A stretch of DNA of 64,000 nucleotides from Streptococcus oralis (GTDB lineage: Bacteria > Bacillota > Bacilli > Lactobacillales > Streptococcaceae): NCBI GenBank assembly GCA_905372585.1, contig CAJPPL010000001.1, forward strand, positions 6,638-70,637, given 5' to 3'. The notes beneath the pieces were generated by a model. That model was not told the DNA's origin. It was given only the letters and a program-made list of their open reading frames with translations, and made no database searches. Shown one piece after another: positions 52,042 to 62,306 of the stretch. Made by a program: the position numbers and the translations under genes. Within the stretch, counting starts at the first letter, position 1. Each line of letters opens with the position of its first letter.

Positions 52042-53655
52042 TTATTTAGCATAATCTACTGCACGAAGTTCGCGGATCACGGTTACCTTGATATTTCCTG
52101 GGTAATCGAGATTATTTTCAATTTTCTCACGAACTTTGTGAGCCAAGATTGTGACTTTGTCGTCTTTGATTTGTCCTGGATTAACCATGATACGAATTTC
52201 ACGTCCTGCTTGAAGGGCAAAGCTATTTTGCACTCCTTCAAAGCCATTGGCGATTTCTTCCAAATCATGGAGACGCTTGATGTAGCTTTCAAGAGATTCA
52301 CTACGAGCACCTGGACGCGCTGCACTCAAGGCATCTGCTGCAGCAACGATCACTGCAATGACGCTTTCGGCTTCGACATCGCCGTGGTGGCTAGCAATGG
52401 TATTCACTACAACTGGGTGTTCCTTGTACTTACGAGCCAACTCCGTACCAATCTCAACGTGGCTACCTTCAACCTCGCGGTCAATAGCTTTCCCGATGTC
52501 ATGAAGGAATCCAGCACGACGGGCAAGAGCTGCATTTTCACCAAGTTCACTGGCGATGATACCAGATAACTTAGCAACCTCAATCGAATGACGCAAGACA
52601 TTTTGCCCATAAGAAGTACGGAACTGCAAGCGTCCCATAATCTTCATCAAGTCTGGATGAAGGTTTGGCGCACCAATCTCATAGGCAGCAGCCTCACCGT
52701 ATTCACGGATCTTATTGTCAATCTCTTGACGGTTTTTCTCCACCAACTCCTCGATACGAGCTGGGTGGATACGGCCGTCCTTGAGCAACATTTCCATGGT
52801 CATACGAGCAATCTCACGTCGAATCGGATCAAATCCTGACAAGGTTACCACTTCCGGTGTATCGTCGATAATCACATCAACCCCTGTCAAACTTTCAAAG
52901 GTACGAATATTGCGACCTTCACGACCGATAATGCGCCCCTTCATGGTATCATCTGGTAGGTGAACTGTCGAGTTTGTTGACTCTGCTACATAGTCACCAG
53001 CGATACGCTGCATAGCCTGAACCAAGATATCTTTGGCAATCTTGTCTGAACGTTCCTTCACCTCTTGCTCAGCCTCACGAATGCGACTAGCAATTTCCTT
53101 GCTCAAGTTTTCCTCTGTTTGAGCCAAGATAATATCTCGAGCCTCAGTTTGGGAAAGGGAACTGATACGTTCAAGTTCAGCTTCTTTTTGTCTTTCGACT
53201 TCCTCTAATTGCTCTTCACGTGCATCAAGGTTTTTTGCTCTATCAGAAATACTTTGTTCTTTTTGTTCAAGTGTTTTTTCTTTGTTCGTCAAATTGTCGT
53301 CTTTGCGGTCAAGGCTCGCAGCTCTCTCCGTCAACCGACTTTCAATTTGCTTGAGCTCCTGACGTTCTGACTTAAATTCAGCGTCCACTTCTTCACGGTA
53401 TTTTCTGGCTTCCTCTTTGGCCTCCAATAGTGCTTCTTTTTTAAGAGACTTGCTTTCGCTCTTGGCTTCATTTAGCAATAAATCCGCTTCGCGCTCAGCT
53501 TGTCCTCGTAAATTAGTTGCTTCTTGTTCAGCATTTAGAAGCATCAACTCTGCAGCCTCTTGAGATGATTTCATCTTAGCTGAGATGCTGACATATCCAA
53601 TGACTAAACCAATGATGACGGCAAAAACAGCAATCGCAAGTGTCATGATTTCCAT
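52042..53655 (-). CDS. rny: Ribonuclease Y
   Basis: N-terminal TM helix, coiled coil, KH domain and HD domain (FLHDIGKA). Extended -10 TGATAGAAT upstream. Confidence 0.95.
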   Translation of the reverse strand: MEIMTLAIAVFAVIIGLVIGYVSISAKMKSSQEAAELMLLNAEQEATNLRGQAEREADLLLNEAKSESKSLKKEALLEAKEEARKYREEVDAEFKSERQELKQIESRLTERAASLDRKDDNLTNKEKTLEQKEQSISDRAKNLDAREEQLEEVERQKEAELERISSLSQTEARDIILAQTEENLSKEIASRIREAEQEVKERSDKIAKDILVQAMQRIAGDYVAESTNSTVHLPDDTMKGRIIGREGRNIRTFESLTGVDVIIDDTPEVVTLSGFDPIRREIARMTMEMLLKDGRIHPARIEELVEKNRQEIDNKIREYGEAAAYEIGAPNLHPDLMKIMGRLQFRTSYGQNVLRHSIEVAKLSGIIASELGENAALARRAGFLHDIGKAIDREVEGSHVEIGTELARKYKEHPVVVNTIASHHGDVEAESVIAVIVAAADALSAARPGARSESLESYIKRLHDLEEIANGFEGVQNSFALQAGREIRIMVNPGQIKDDKVTILAHKVREKIENNLDYPGNIKVTVIRELRAVDYAK

Positions 53656-53750
53656 GTTTTTACCTCATTAAATTTGTTTATCGAATGACATACATTCCTT
53701 AATATTCTATCATAAAAAACCGATTTTCACAAACCCAAATTGAAGAGTTT

Positions 53751-55490
53751 CTATTGAAATTTAGACAAAGAACCATCTATTTCAAAGCTCTCTTGTATTA
53801 ATTTGTCTAATGGAATATTATTAATTGTAATTTGTCGATCTAACTTCGTAGGTAGGCAATGTTTTATAAAGTTCTGATACCTTGTATCTTCAAATTTCTT
53901 TACGTCATTAATTCGATAATCATCTTTTATATTATTGTTAAAAACATCATAGTAAATTTCAACTAAACACTTTTGGGGCTCGCTAATAAGTTCTTTAGTA
54001 GGATTATAATACACTTTGTTGTCTGTTTTTGATATAAATAAATTCCCTAGTCCTACTTCCCATAGACAGGATAATAATTGAAAATAATATATAAGTTTGT
54101 TTTCATAGCTGAGATTAAAATACATCTCTTCTTTTGAAGTAGGCACAGAATCCTCAGAACTTAAATATATAAACTTCTCTAACATTTCAAAATGAAAATA
54201 GGCGTCTAATTCATATCCCTTATCATATTCATCTATTTGATAAGCGTATTTATAATTATTATAAATTTCAAAAAATGATACTAGAATACTACCAGTTCCC
54301 ATGCGTCCATTCATACAATCAACGATATAATTTGATATCTTTCTACTAGAATATGGTAGAAACATATTCGTTCTATAATCGCTCTCGATTATATTTGAAA
54401 GTTCTTCTAATGACTTCTGGAACTCTCTTAAACTTGATTTTTTTACTTTTAAATCTTTGTTCTTATCTTGTACAACTCTTTCCTCTATATTTGCATAATA
54501 AATTTTAAAAATCAAAGATAGAATTTTCCCAAAGTCATCATCTCTCAATTTACTCTTTTTCAATATGTTTTCTATAACTTCTTCTGTAGATGCCATTGGA
54601 TTCTGATTCAGCTTAAATTTATTATCAATGAGGTTTTTCTTTGTTGATTTTATTTCCTCACTATTTAAAACTACAATAATTTTGAATCTTTTATTCTCAG
54701 AAAGATAGTCAATATAACCTAATAAATCATTATAATCTGAAGGGTTATCTGATGTTTCTGTATATGAAACCCGTTCAAAATCATCAAAAATAATGATAGA
54801 ATCCCGCTTCATCAAATCCGTTCCAACTGTTTTAAAGAACCATTTAAAAACTCCTCCAACAAGTGGAATAAAGTCCAAATTTCCGAGTATGGATTGTTTT
54901 TCTATTTCATTGATCAATATTTTCTCGGCTTGCTCTCTTGTTTTTATCCCAAAGCAGGAAATATAGTAGATTTCTTTCTTTTTGTAAATTTGATTTTCAA
55001 AAAACGTCTTTATAAAAAATGTTTTCCCACTCCCCCAAGAACCATCCAGCCAGAAGACATTATGAATAGAGTCTGGACTATTTAAAAACTCCACCAGATG
55101 AGCTTGATAAGGATATTCATCTAAATCATATTCTGGAAATAGCTCTGGATCCAGTTTCTTGTAACTAACTTTTTTAAAAATTATGTCTAAAAACCAGAAC
55201 AATATTGTTGGTATAGTCAGTGCTAACAATACTATTACACGATTCTCATATAAATTTGAAATAATAGCTTTTAAAAAATTATAATTAGATAAAAATTTAT
55301 AGATAGGTAAAGCAAAGCGTTTAAATTGTTCAATCTCAAGTGCAAGATATAGTACCCATATACTGGCTATAAATATTTTGTACCATTCTACAATTCTAAC
55401 ATTACTACTCCATGATGGCCTTCTCAATAAATATTTCAATGGTTTGAAATTCAGAAAAAAATTAAGAATCCTCGTCATTATATTTTTCAT
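53751..55490 (-). CDS. KAP-family P-loop NTPase with two N-terminal transmembrane helices
   Basis: 579 aa. Walker A WLDGSWGSGKTFF and Walker B-like SIIIFDDFERV (KAP hhhhDDLDR pattern). Hydrophobic helices at about aa 35-55 and 85-105. Strongly AT-rich. Confidence 0.8.
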   Translation of the reverse strand: MKNIMTRILNFFLNFKPLKYLLRRPSWSSNVRIVEWYKIFIASIWVLYLALEIEQFKRFALPIYKFLSNYNFLKAIISNLYENRVIVLLALTIPTILFWFLDIIFKKVSYKKLDPELFPEYDLDEYPYQAHLVEFLNSPDSIHNVFWLDGSWGSGKTFFIKTFFENQIYKKKEIYYISCFGIKTREQAEKILINEIEKQSILGNLDFIPLVGGVFKWFFKTVGTDLMKRDSIIIFDDFERVSYTETSDNPSDYNDLLGYIDYLSENKRFKIIVVLNSEEIKSTKKNLIDNKFKLNQNPMASTEEVIENILKKSKLRDDDFGKILSLIFKIYYANIEERVVQDKNKDLKVKKSSLREFQKSLEELSNIIESDYRTNMFLPYSSRKISNYIVDCMNGRMGTGSILVSFFEIYNNYKYAYQIDEYDKGYELDAYFHFEMLEKFIYLSSEDSVPTSKEEMYFNLSYENKLIYYFQLLSCLWEVGLGNLFISKTDNKVYYNPTKELISEPQKCLVEIYYDVFNNNIKDDYRINDVKKFEDTRYQNFIKHCLPTKLDRQITINNIPLDKLIQESFEIDGSLSKFQ

Positions 55491-55519
55491 ATAAACCCCT
55501 TTTAATCTATATTATCATG

Positions 55520-55528
55520 ATTATACCA
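55520..55528 (-). promoter_or_regulatory. Extended -10 (TGGTATAAT) promoter for the KAP NTPase gene
   Basis: The minus strand reads TGTGGTATAATCATG about 30 nt upstream of the ATG. An AAAAGGGG RBS is present. Confidence 0.45.
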
Positions 55529-55675
55529 CAAAATAAGAGCTATAAAGCGGATTCAAGGGACAAGAATCTAGTTATTATACTAATAATTTTTTACTGATTT
55601 CTTAACTTAGGAAGTCTGTCATTTTCCAAAAACTTTATCTTCAATTGACTATCTAAAATTTCTAAAATAAAAAAA

Positions 55676-55697
55676 CCTACCTTTCAGTAGACTTAGT
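55676..55697. repeat. Direct repeat copy 1 (CCTACCTTTCAGTAGACTTAGT) spanning the yoeB stop codon and a terminator hairpin
   Basis: 22/22 identical to 56321-56342. Looser similarity extends about 20 bp further through the A-run. Confidence 0.9.
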
Positions 55698-55947
55698 AAT
55701 GATCTTTGAAGGACAAGAAAGCCACGCTATCTCCATCTATCATATAAATCAAGCGATTTTCTGCATCAATGCGCCGCGACCAAGCTCCTTGATAATCATA
55801 CTTGAGCGGTTCTGGTTTCCCCATTCCTACAAAAGGATCGCGTTGAATATCCTTGATTAATTTATTGATTCTTTTTAATGTTTTCTTATCTTGGTTTTGC
55901 CAATAGCAATAATCCGCCCAGGCATCTTCTGTAAATTTGAGCAGCAT
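55693..55947 (-). CDS. yoeB: YoeB-family mRNA interferase toxin
   Basis: 84 aa. MLLKFTEDAWADYCYWQ...SRRIDAENRLIY...KDHY is typical of YoeB. Confidence 0.9.
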   Translation of the reverse strand: MLLKFTEDAWADYCYWQNQDKKTLKRINKLIKDIQRDPFVGMGKPEPLKYDYQGAWSRRIDAENRLIYMIDGDSVAFLSFKDHY

Positions 55948-55950
55948 TCC

Positions 55951-56205
55951 TCACTCCTCAATCACATGCAGCTGAGCGCTTCCAGCACGAACTTGAGCTA
56001 TTCCTCGCAAGACCTTGTCAGAAAGTTCCTTATTTTGAGCGATTCTCAGAGTTTCCTGAATACTATCCCACTCGCTCTTTGAAAGGACTACAATATCCTC
56101 ATCTGGGTTTTTATTGACCACTGTCAAAGGCTCAAATTCATCGTTTACCTTTTTCATGTAGTCCTTTAAATGATTTCGGAATGTTGAGTAAAGAACTGCT
56201 TCCAT
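55951..56205 (-). CDS. yefM: YefM-family (Phd-type) antitoxin
   Basis: Start at MEAVLYSTFRNHLKDYMKKV (ATG 56205, GAGG RBS). Ends 3 nt before yoeB. Confidence 0.9.
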   Translation of the reverse strand: MEAVLYSTFRNHLKDYMKKVNDEFEPLTVVNKNPDEDIVVLSKSEWDSIQETLRIAQNKELSDKVLRGIAQVRAGSAQLHVIEE

Positions 56206-56320
56206 AACCATACCTCGTTTTACCTCTTTTCCACTATTATACACAAAAAGAAAGAAATTATCAGGAACTTGTACAAGATTTTTCTTTTCTATCTATTTAT
56301 TCGAAAATCTTCTAAAAAAG

Positions 56321-56342
56321 CCTACCTTTCAGTAGACTTAGT
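56321..56342. repeat. Direct repeat copy 2, spanning the tmcAL stop codon and a terminator hairpin
   Basis: Identical 22-mer. On the minus strand it reads TAAGTCTACTGAAAGGTAGG(C)TTTTTT, meaning stop codon, 6-bp hairpin and T-run. Confidence 0.9.
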
Positions 56343-57435
56343 TTGTTTCTATTCTAATCGGCGCTCTTCCGAAATTCTGCTCTGCTATACTTGGGTGTCC
56401 TAGTTGGTAAATCTGGTCTGCCTTTTGTGTCATGGTATCCCAAGGTTCTTTGCCAATTCGGCTGACTAGATGGACCTGCCCTTTCAGAGACTTGAGGTGT
56501 TGTCTGCCTTTTTCGGTAAAGCCAAGGACATGAATGGCTTCTGGCAAGTCACTTTCTCTGACCTGCACCAAGATATAGGTCAAGAGGCGTCGTACACGCG
56601 CCTTGGTGTAGCGTTTGGTGGCAACTACCTCGACCAATTCCTCCACAGACTGGGCTATCTTGATGGCATCCTTGATACGCACTGCCATTTCTTGATTGAC
56701 CTGATAGATGGTGGTCAGGTCTGGATTTGACAAGATTTGATAGCGGAGCAAGGGAAAATAGTCTTCCCAGCTCACCTTACTGGTCTGCTCAAAGAGGGCA
56801 ACCGAAGGCATAAAGCGTTCTAAGAAATCTTTGTCTGATTGATGCTGGCGGATAGCTGTCGCCGAGGCAAAGTCCACATCCTTGTCCACAGAATGGTAAC
56901 CCGCCCCCTGACGTTGAATTGGATGCAGGTTGATGTTTCGTCCTGCAATTGCCTTGGCATAAGCTAGAGCTAGAACATGATTGGGCGTATTGCCAGAAAA
57001 ATCAAGGCCAGCAAATTCCTTCCACATGGCTTGGGTTTTCTGGGGATAAGAGAGGGAATCAGGCAGATTATCTACAAATTTCTGCATGTCAGCACCTTGC
57101 TCGGTGTATAGGTCGGCAATTCTCTGATAATCCAGAACTTCCTCCGTCCCAAAAGCGAGGCTATCAATGCCCAACCTAGCCAAGATATCCACAGCTCCTT
57201 GGCCAAAGAAATCAGCCGCCTGAACACTGACTAAAAAGGGCAATTCTACTACCAGATCTGCACCATTTTCCAGCGCCATCTGAGCCCGTGTCCACTTGTC
57301 TACGATAGCAGGCTCTCCACGCTGCATGAAATTTCCAGATATGGCTACGATTTTCAGTCCCTTCGCCTGCTCAAGCAAGTATTTGTGCCCATTATGAAAA
57401 GGATTGAACTCTGCGATAATACCTGTGATGGTCAT
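56338..57435 (-). CDS. tmcAL: tRNA(Met) cytidine acetate ligase / UPF0348 nucleotidyltransferase
   Basis: 365 aa. [21 protein letters not shown]-like nucleotidyltransferase motif. Confidence 0.8.
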   Translation of the reverse strand: MTITGIIAEFNPFHNGHKYLLEQAKGLKIVAISGNFMQRGEPAIVDKWTRAQMALENGADLVVELPFLVSVQAADFFGQGAVDILARLGIDSLAFGTEEVLDYQRIADLYTEQGADMQKFVDNLPDSLSYPQKTQAMWKEFAGLDFSGNTPNHVLALAYAKAIAGRNINLHPIQRQGAGYHSVDKDVDFASATAIRQHQSDKDFLERFMPSVALFEQTSKVSWEDYFPLLRYQILSNPDLTTIYQVNQEMAVRIKDAIKIAQSVEELVEVVATKRYTKARVRRLLTYILVQVRESDLPEAIHVLGFTEKGRQHLKSLKGQVHLVSRIGKEPWDTMTQKADQIYQLGHPSIAEQNFGRAPIRIETN

Positions 57436-57449
57436 AATGTTCTCCCTTT

Positions 57450-57848
57450 CTAATGACGAAATCTACGATACCGCTCAGGCAATCTTCCTCTCCAGTTAAG
57501 CCATTGTTTTTCTCCTACTGGAAGGATTTCTGCCAGTTGTTCATTACTATAATTTTTTTGTAACTCAGGATAAGCTATCAACATAGTTGGTCTATGGCAT
57601 CCAGCAACTGTCATTGGCCATGTTCCATACATCAGCATATGTCGGATATCATCCTCCGATTTTATTTCATTTACTAACATATCAAAAAGTTTCTTAGACA
57701 TATCGTAAACGACTAACTCTGAAAATACGGTTCCTTCTTCCTGAACATAGAAGTATTGCCCATCTTTCTCCCAAAGCGTTCCATTTTGACGAATACGATT
57801 AAACTGCGAAACTTCTTCCCAAGAATATTTTGATCGAACCATATCCAT
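57450..57848 (-). CDS. Hypothetical 132-aa protein
   Basis: ORF tightly packed between the methyltransferase and tmcAL genes. No family recognised. Confidence 0.45.
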   Translation of the reverse strand: MDMVRSKYSWEEVSQFNRIRQNGTLWEKDGQYFYVQEEGTVFSELVVYDMSKKLFDMLVNEIKSEDDIRHMLMYGTWPMTVAGCHRPTMLIAYPELQKNYSNEQLAEILPVGEKQWLNWRGRLPERYRRFRH

Positions 57849-57851
57849 CTC

Positions 57852-58592
57852 CTACTTCTGCGCGACAAAAAACCAACGGGTGCTGGTTTCTGTTGGCTCC
57901 TTGTCCTCAAAGTCCGCATAGAGTTTGAAAGACTTGAAACCAGCCTGTTCCAGCAAAATATCATAGGTCAAGACCTCATAGGTTCGCTCCTCATGTACTT
58001 CATCGTGACGACTAAAGGAACCGTCAGCCTCCTTGACAAAGAAAGTCAACTCATGCACGATGGAGTGAGGAGCTTCGTCCTCATAGGTGTCCCAAAGCAT
58101 AGCGAAATCTTCCGCATTTTCATGGTAGGAATAGCCTGGAAAAACTTTATCTGTCTGGTAGGTCGAATGCACATCAAAGATAAAAACTCCATCTTCATTG
58201 AGGGCACTATACACTTCCTTAAAGACATCTCCTACCTCGACCTCATCCTGCATGTAGCAGATAGAGTCCGAGTAACAAGTCACAAAATCATATTTACCAG
58301 CCTTGGATAAATCCAGCATATTGCCTTCAATAAAATCAATCTTTTGCTTGGCTGAAGCAGCTCTCTTCTCCGCAATCTTCAACATATCCGCGCTCAAGTC
58401 AAGTCCTGTCACATCAAAGCCAGCCTGAGAAAAGCGGACAGACTGGATACCTGTTCCACAAGCCAATTCCAAAAGCTTCTTTCTCTCCTTGGTCTTAGGC
58501 AAATGACGCAGCGAAAAATCCGTCCATTTATCATATAAACTATCATCCATCACAGCATCGTAAACAGCCGCAAAGGTTTCATAAGTAGCCAT
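57852..58592 (-). CDS. Class I SAM-dependent methyltransferase (YqeM-like)
   Basis: Motif I LELACGTGIQS. Start chosen at MATYETFAAVYD (58592). The ORF-track N-terminal extension runs into repeat DNA. Confidence 0.75.
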   Translation of the reverse strand: MATYETFAAVYDAVMDDSLYDKWTDFSLRHLPKTKERKKLLELACGTGIQSVRFSQAGFDVTGLDLSADMLKIAEKRAASAKQKIDFIEGNMLDLSKAGKYDFVTCYSDSICYMQDEVEVGDVFKEVYSALNEDGVFIFDVHSTYQTDKVFPGYSYHENAEDFAMLWDTYEDEAPHSIVHELTFFVKEADGSFSRHDEVHEERTYEVLTYDILLEQAGFKSFKLYADFEDKEPTETSTRWFFVAQK

Positions 58593-58827
58593 AATTAAGA
58601 TACAAAGAGCATTAAAAGCAAGAAGAAAATAGGAAACTTTCTGCTGTATCGTCAGATACAAAGGAAGTTACTCTTTTTCTCGCAGCTTTTAGCTCGTGTT
58701 CAGTTTCGAGATGAACAAAACACGACGCTCTCACCTTTCTATCCATTTTTTTCTAAACTAAGCAAAGAAACCCAGTTGACTGCAACTGAGTTCGATTGAA
58801 GACAAAGTCTTTTTAAGACTTTCCTTA

Positions 58828-58935
58828 GGTGATTTCGGACGTCTGAGACCTTCTTCGAAGTTCCAAGACTTAGTTTTGAGCCTAAGGTCTCAAAACTCCC
58901 GACTTCTTGAAACATTTTTGTTTCAAGAAGTTTTA
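58828..58935 (+). repeat. Dispersed structured intergenic repeat, copy 1 (core TTTGAGCCTAAGGTCTCAAA plus terminator-like hairpin)
   Basis: Shares about 70 bp of aligned similarity, including a 20-bp identical core (58875-58894), with 61025-61088. It is followed by an 11-bp stem CTTCTTGAAAC/GTTTCAAGAAG plus TTTT on the plus strand. Confidence 0.65.
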
Positions 58936-59045
58936 TCACAACGGAAAGTCTCGGTAATTTCTCACTTTCTCACTCAGAAAACAAGAATAATCTCAATACA
59001 TTGTCGAATTTCAAAGTAATTCCCAGCCGAAGTTCAAGTCATCTT

Positions 59046-59399
<354 letters not shown>

Positions 59400-59993
59400 T
59401 TAGTCCTCTTTCAAATAGTGCACAAAGGCGTTATAGGTTTCAAGGGTTTGGGGATAGATGGGGAATCCCTGATGAGCTAGATGCTCCACGGTACGAGCTG
59501 TTTCATAGGCCACTGCCTTATTGAGCGATAGCTCAGCAATTTCACGCGCCTGGTCCACACCTGGAAAGGCACGATTGTGCTCGATATAATCTGCGACGTA
59601 GATTACCTTATCAAGATTGGTCATCTGACCAGCTCCGACTGTATGGATTTCAATAGCTCGCAGGATTTCAGGATCATGCAAATCCAAATCTTCCTGAATC
59701 TTGTAGATGCCAACCATACCATGCCAGACATTATTGCCCCAGTTTTTAAGGTCAGGGTTTAGCTGATAACGGTCAATCAAGTCTAGAAATTCCTGATCTG
59801 ACAGTTTTTTAGCATAGTCGTGAAGAAGGCCTGCTAGACCCGCTTTCTCAGTATCGACTCCGAATCGTTTCGCAAGCTCTATGGCTGCACGCTCCACCCC
59901 CAAACAATGGGTTAAACGTTTTTCAGGCAGAAGCTCTGCCATTTTTTCCAACAAAGCCTCACGGGAGCAGTTGATATAGTCTTGATAGGTCAT
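59400..59993 (-). CDS. yqeK: HD-domain bis(5'-nucleosyl)-tetraphosphatase YqeK
   Basis: HD motifs HCLGV and LLHDYAK. Lies adjacent to nadD. Confidence 0.85.
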   Translation of the reverse strand: MTYQDYINCSREALLEKMAELLPEKRLTHCLGVERAAIELAKRFGVDTEKAGLAGLLHDYAKKLSDQEFLDLIDRYQLNPDLKNWGNNVWHGMVGIYKIQEDLDLHDPEILRAIEIHTVGAGQMTNLDKVIYVADYIEHNRAFPGVDQAREIAELSLNKAVAYETARTVEHLAHQGFPIYPQTLETYNAFVHYLKED

Positions 59994-60622
59994 CAGTAGA
60001 GACCCTCCTTCTCGATGTAGTCTAGCACTGGCTGAGGTAGGAGAAAGTTGGGTTTCCGACCTTGGGCAAGGAAATCACGCACCATGCTCGACGAGATGTC
60101 CATGAGAGGCACATCCACCCAGATAACTGGATAGGAAGTCCCTGCCTTGTAACGTGGGCGCTGAACTCCCACAAACTGAACCATGTCGACCAACTCATCA
60201 ATTCGGTACCACTTAGGCAGATAGTCCACCATATCAGCCCCGATAATGAAGTAATAATCCGTATCTGGATGTTGCTCTGTCAAAATCTTCATAGTGTCGT
60301 AGGTGTAGGAAATGCCCTTGCGCTCCAGCTCAATAGTTTCAATGGCTAAGCCTTCAATCCCCTCAATCGCCAACTCAAGCATCTTGAGACGGTGGCGTTC
60401 AGGGATGGTTTCCTTTTTATCTACATGAGGTGGTTGGTATTCGGGCATAAGCAGGACCTGGTCCAGTCCTAACTGTTGTCGTACTTGGTCTGCAACGATC
60501 AGATGGGCATTGTGAACAGGGTTGAAATTTCCCCCTAAAATCCCGACTTGTTTGCGTTTTTTCTCCTTGATTTCTGGCTCCAACTCTACCTTGGTAAAGG
60601 GAGTCAATAATTCGATTGCCAT
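59993..60622 (-). CDS. nadD: Nicotinate-nucleotide adenylyltransferase
   Basis: [11 protein letters not shown] motif and ISSSMVR motif. Confidence 0.9.
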   Translation of the reverse strand: MAIELLTPFTKVELEPEIKEKKRKQVGILGGNFNPVHNAHLIVADQVRQQLGLDQVLLMPEYQPPHVDKKETIPERHRLKMLELAIEGIEGLAIETIELERKGISYTYDTMKILTEQHPDTDYYFIIGADMVDYLPKWYRIDELVDMVQFVGVQRPRYKAGTSYPVIWVDVPLMDISSSMVRDFLAQGRKPNFLLPQPVLDYIEKEGLY

Positions 60623-60672
60623 AGGCTCGTCTTCCTTTAATTCTCTGTATAAACAGTTGTTTGGAGTAGGTT

Positions 60673-60984
60673 TTAGATTTCTTTGACTTTCTTAGAAATC
60701 TTGCGATTTTCTTTCTTGCTGGATTGTTTAAACAAAATCAAGATGCGTCCGATTTTTTGGACAGTATCCACACCGATTTCTTCTTCCAAGATTTCAGCTA
60801 CTTCGTGGATGTTTTCATCTGTATTTTGCAAGAGCGTAACTTTAATCAATTCACGGGCGTCAAGAGCCTGACGGATGCTGGTTTTGATTTGGTCGTTAAG
60901 TCCATTTTTCCCGATTTGGATGATGGGTTTGAGGGTGTGTGCCTGGCTGTTGAGGAAGGCACGTTGTTTTGATGTTAATGACAT
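60673..60984 (-). CDS. yhbY: Ribosome assembly RNA-binding protein YhbY (CRM domain)
   Basis: 103 aa. LTSKQRAFLNSQAHTLKPIIQIGKNGL. Confidence 0.85.
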   Translation of the reverse strand: MSLTSKQRAFLNSQAHTLKPIIQIGKNGLNDQIKTSIRQALDARELIKVTLLQNTDENIHEVAEILEEEIGVDTVQKIGRILILFKQSSKKENRKISKKVKEI

Positions 60985-61024
60985 AATTTCTTTAAAAGAG
61001 TTTCTTTTAATACTTTTCTGAAGT

Positions 61025-61123
61025 GGTGACGGACGTCAGCAAAGTCCTTCGGACTTTCATGACTAAAATTTGAGCCTAAGGTCTCAAATTTTCCGCAGTT
61101 GGTACAACTCCTTGTACCAACTG
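61025..61123 (+). repeat. Dispersed structured intergenic repeat, copy 2
   Basis: Same 20-bp core (61069-61088) and flanking similarity as 58828-58894. It is followed by a 12-bp perfect stem CAGTTGGTACAA-CTCC-TTGTACCAACTG. Confidence 0.65.
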
Positions 61124-61197
61124 ACACCACGGCGAAAAGTATTCGTTATGGGCTCGCAGAGCTCGCCCGAATCCAGACAACTCTTTCCTTTCTGTGT

Positions 61198-62304
61198 TTA
61201 AATGATTGCTTTTCGTGTGACGACGGCGACGCCTTCTGGTGCCCAGACGGCGACCTTGGCGGTGCCTGTTACGCGGATCCAGCCTAGGCCTGAGATGACC
61301 AGATCTGTCTTGTCCTTAATGGTAAAGACATGCTGGACTAGTTTTGGAAAATCTTCTTTTTCTTTACTATTTGGTGGTGTGAGAAGGGTTCCAAGGTGCT
61401 TGTCGTAGAAAGCACTAGCGCCTTCAAGCTTGGTACGGTGGAGTTTGAGTTCATTGTCAAAGAAAGCAGTAAATCCTTGCTTTTCTCCTGATATAAAGTC
61501 AAATCGTCCGAGACCACCTAGAAACAGGGTTTGTTCAGGGTTAAGCTGATAGGTTTTGGGCTTGATTTCCTTTTTAGGGCTGACATACTTAAGGTTTTTA
61601 GCCGTTAAGTAGTGGGCCATCTGGTGGCGGTGGATGATTCCCGGCGTATCGTAGATATAAGATCCGTCGTCAAGCGGAATCTCAATCTTGTCCAAGGTTG
61701 TTCCTGGGAAACGCGAAGTCGTGATGACATTTTGGTCACCCGTGATTTCTTGGATAATAGCATTGATGAGGGTTGATTTTCCAACGTTAGTCACACCGAC
61801 CACATAGACATCGCGTCCCTTACGATAATGCTCAATCTTATCAATAACTTCCTTAATTGCATGCTTGTTTTGGGCTGAAGTCAGGACAACATCTACTGGA
61901 CGAAGTCCTTCTTCGTGGGCACGTTCCATAAGCCACTGGCTAATCTTGCCCGGTTTAACTGACTTGGGCAGGATATCTTTCTTATTTCCAACCAAGAGGA
62001 CATCATTGCCCGATACAAAGCGTGGCAAGCCTGGGATGACAGAGCCATTAAAGTCAAAGATATCAATGACATTGACCACCAAGGCATCACTGTCTCCCAC
62101 CTCGTGCAAGAGTTTGAGGAAATCATCGTCCGTCAACTGGACATCTGTGATTTCATTGTAGTGACGGAGACGGAAACAGCGCTGGCAATAGACTTCTCCA
62201 GTCTCCAAACCTTTTTCAAGTGCCGACTGGGGAGTGAAACCAAGACCAGCCTTGTCTGTCGTCTGAATGGTTGCTCCACAACCAATACAGAGAATTTCTT
62301 CCAT
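61198..62304 (-). CDS. yqeH: Ribosome biogenesis GTPase YqeH
   Basis: N-terminal CxxC...CxxC zinc finger. Circularly permuted GTPase motifs (NKKD before GVTNVGKST). Confidence 0.9.
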   Translation of the reverse strand: MEEILCIGCGATIQTTDKAGLGFTPQSALEKGLETGEVYCQRCFRLRHYNEITDVQLTDDDFLKLLHEVGDSDALVVNVIDIFDFNGSVIPGLPRFVSGNDVLLVGNKKDILPKSVKPGKISQWLMERAHEEGLRPVDVVLTSAQNKHAIKEVIDKIEHYRKGRDVYVVGVTNVGKSTLINAIIQEITGDQNVITTSRFPGTTLDKIEIPLDDGSYIYDTPGIIHRHQMAHYLTAKNLKYVSPKKEIKPKTYQLNPEQTLFLGGLGRFDFISGEKQGFTAFFDNELKLHRTKLEGASAFYDKHLGTLLTPPNSKEKEDFPKLVQHVFTIKDKTDLVISGLGWIRVTGTAKVAVWAPEGVAVVTRKAII

Positions 62305-62306
62305 AG

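Noticed and set aside
58739-58939. 66-aa minus-strand ORF in the rsfS-methyltransferase gap
   Set aside because: It lies entirely within the structured repeat DNA and has no RBS. It is better explained as a repeat element.
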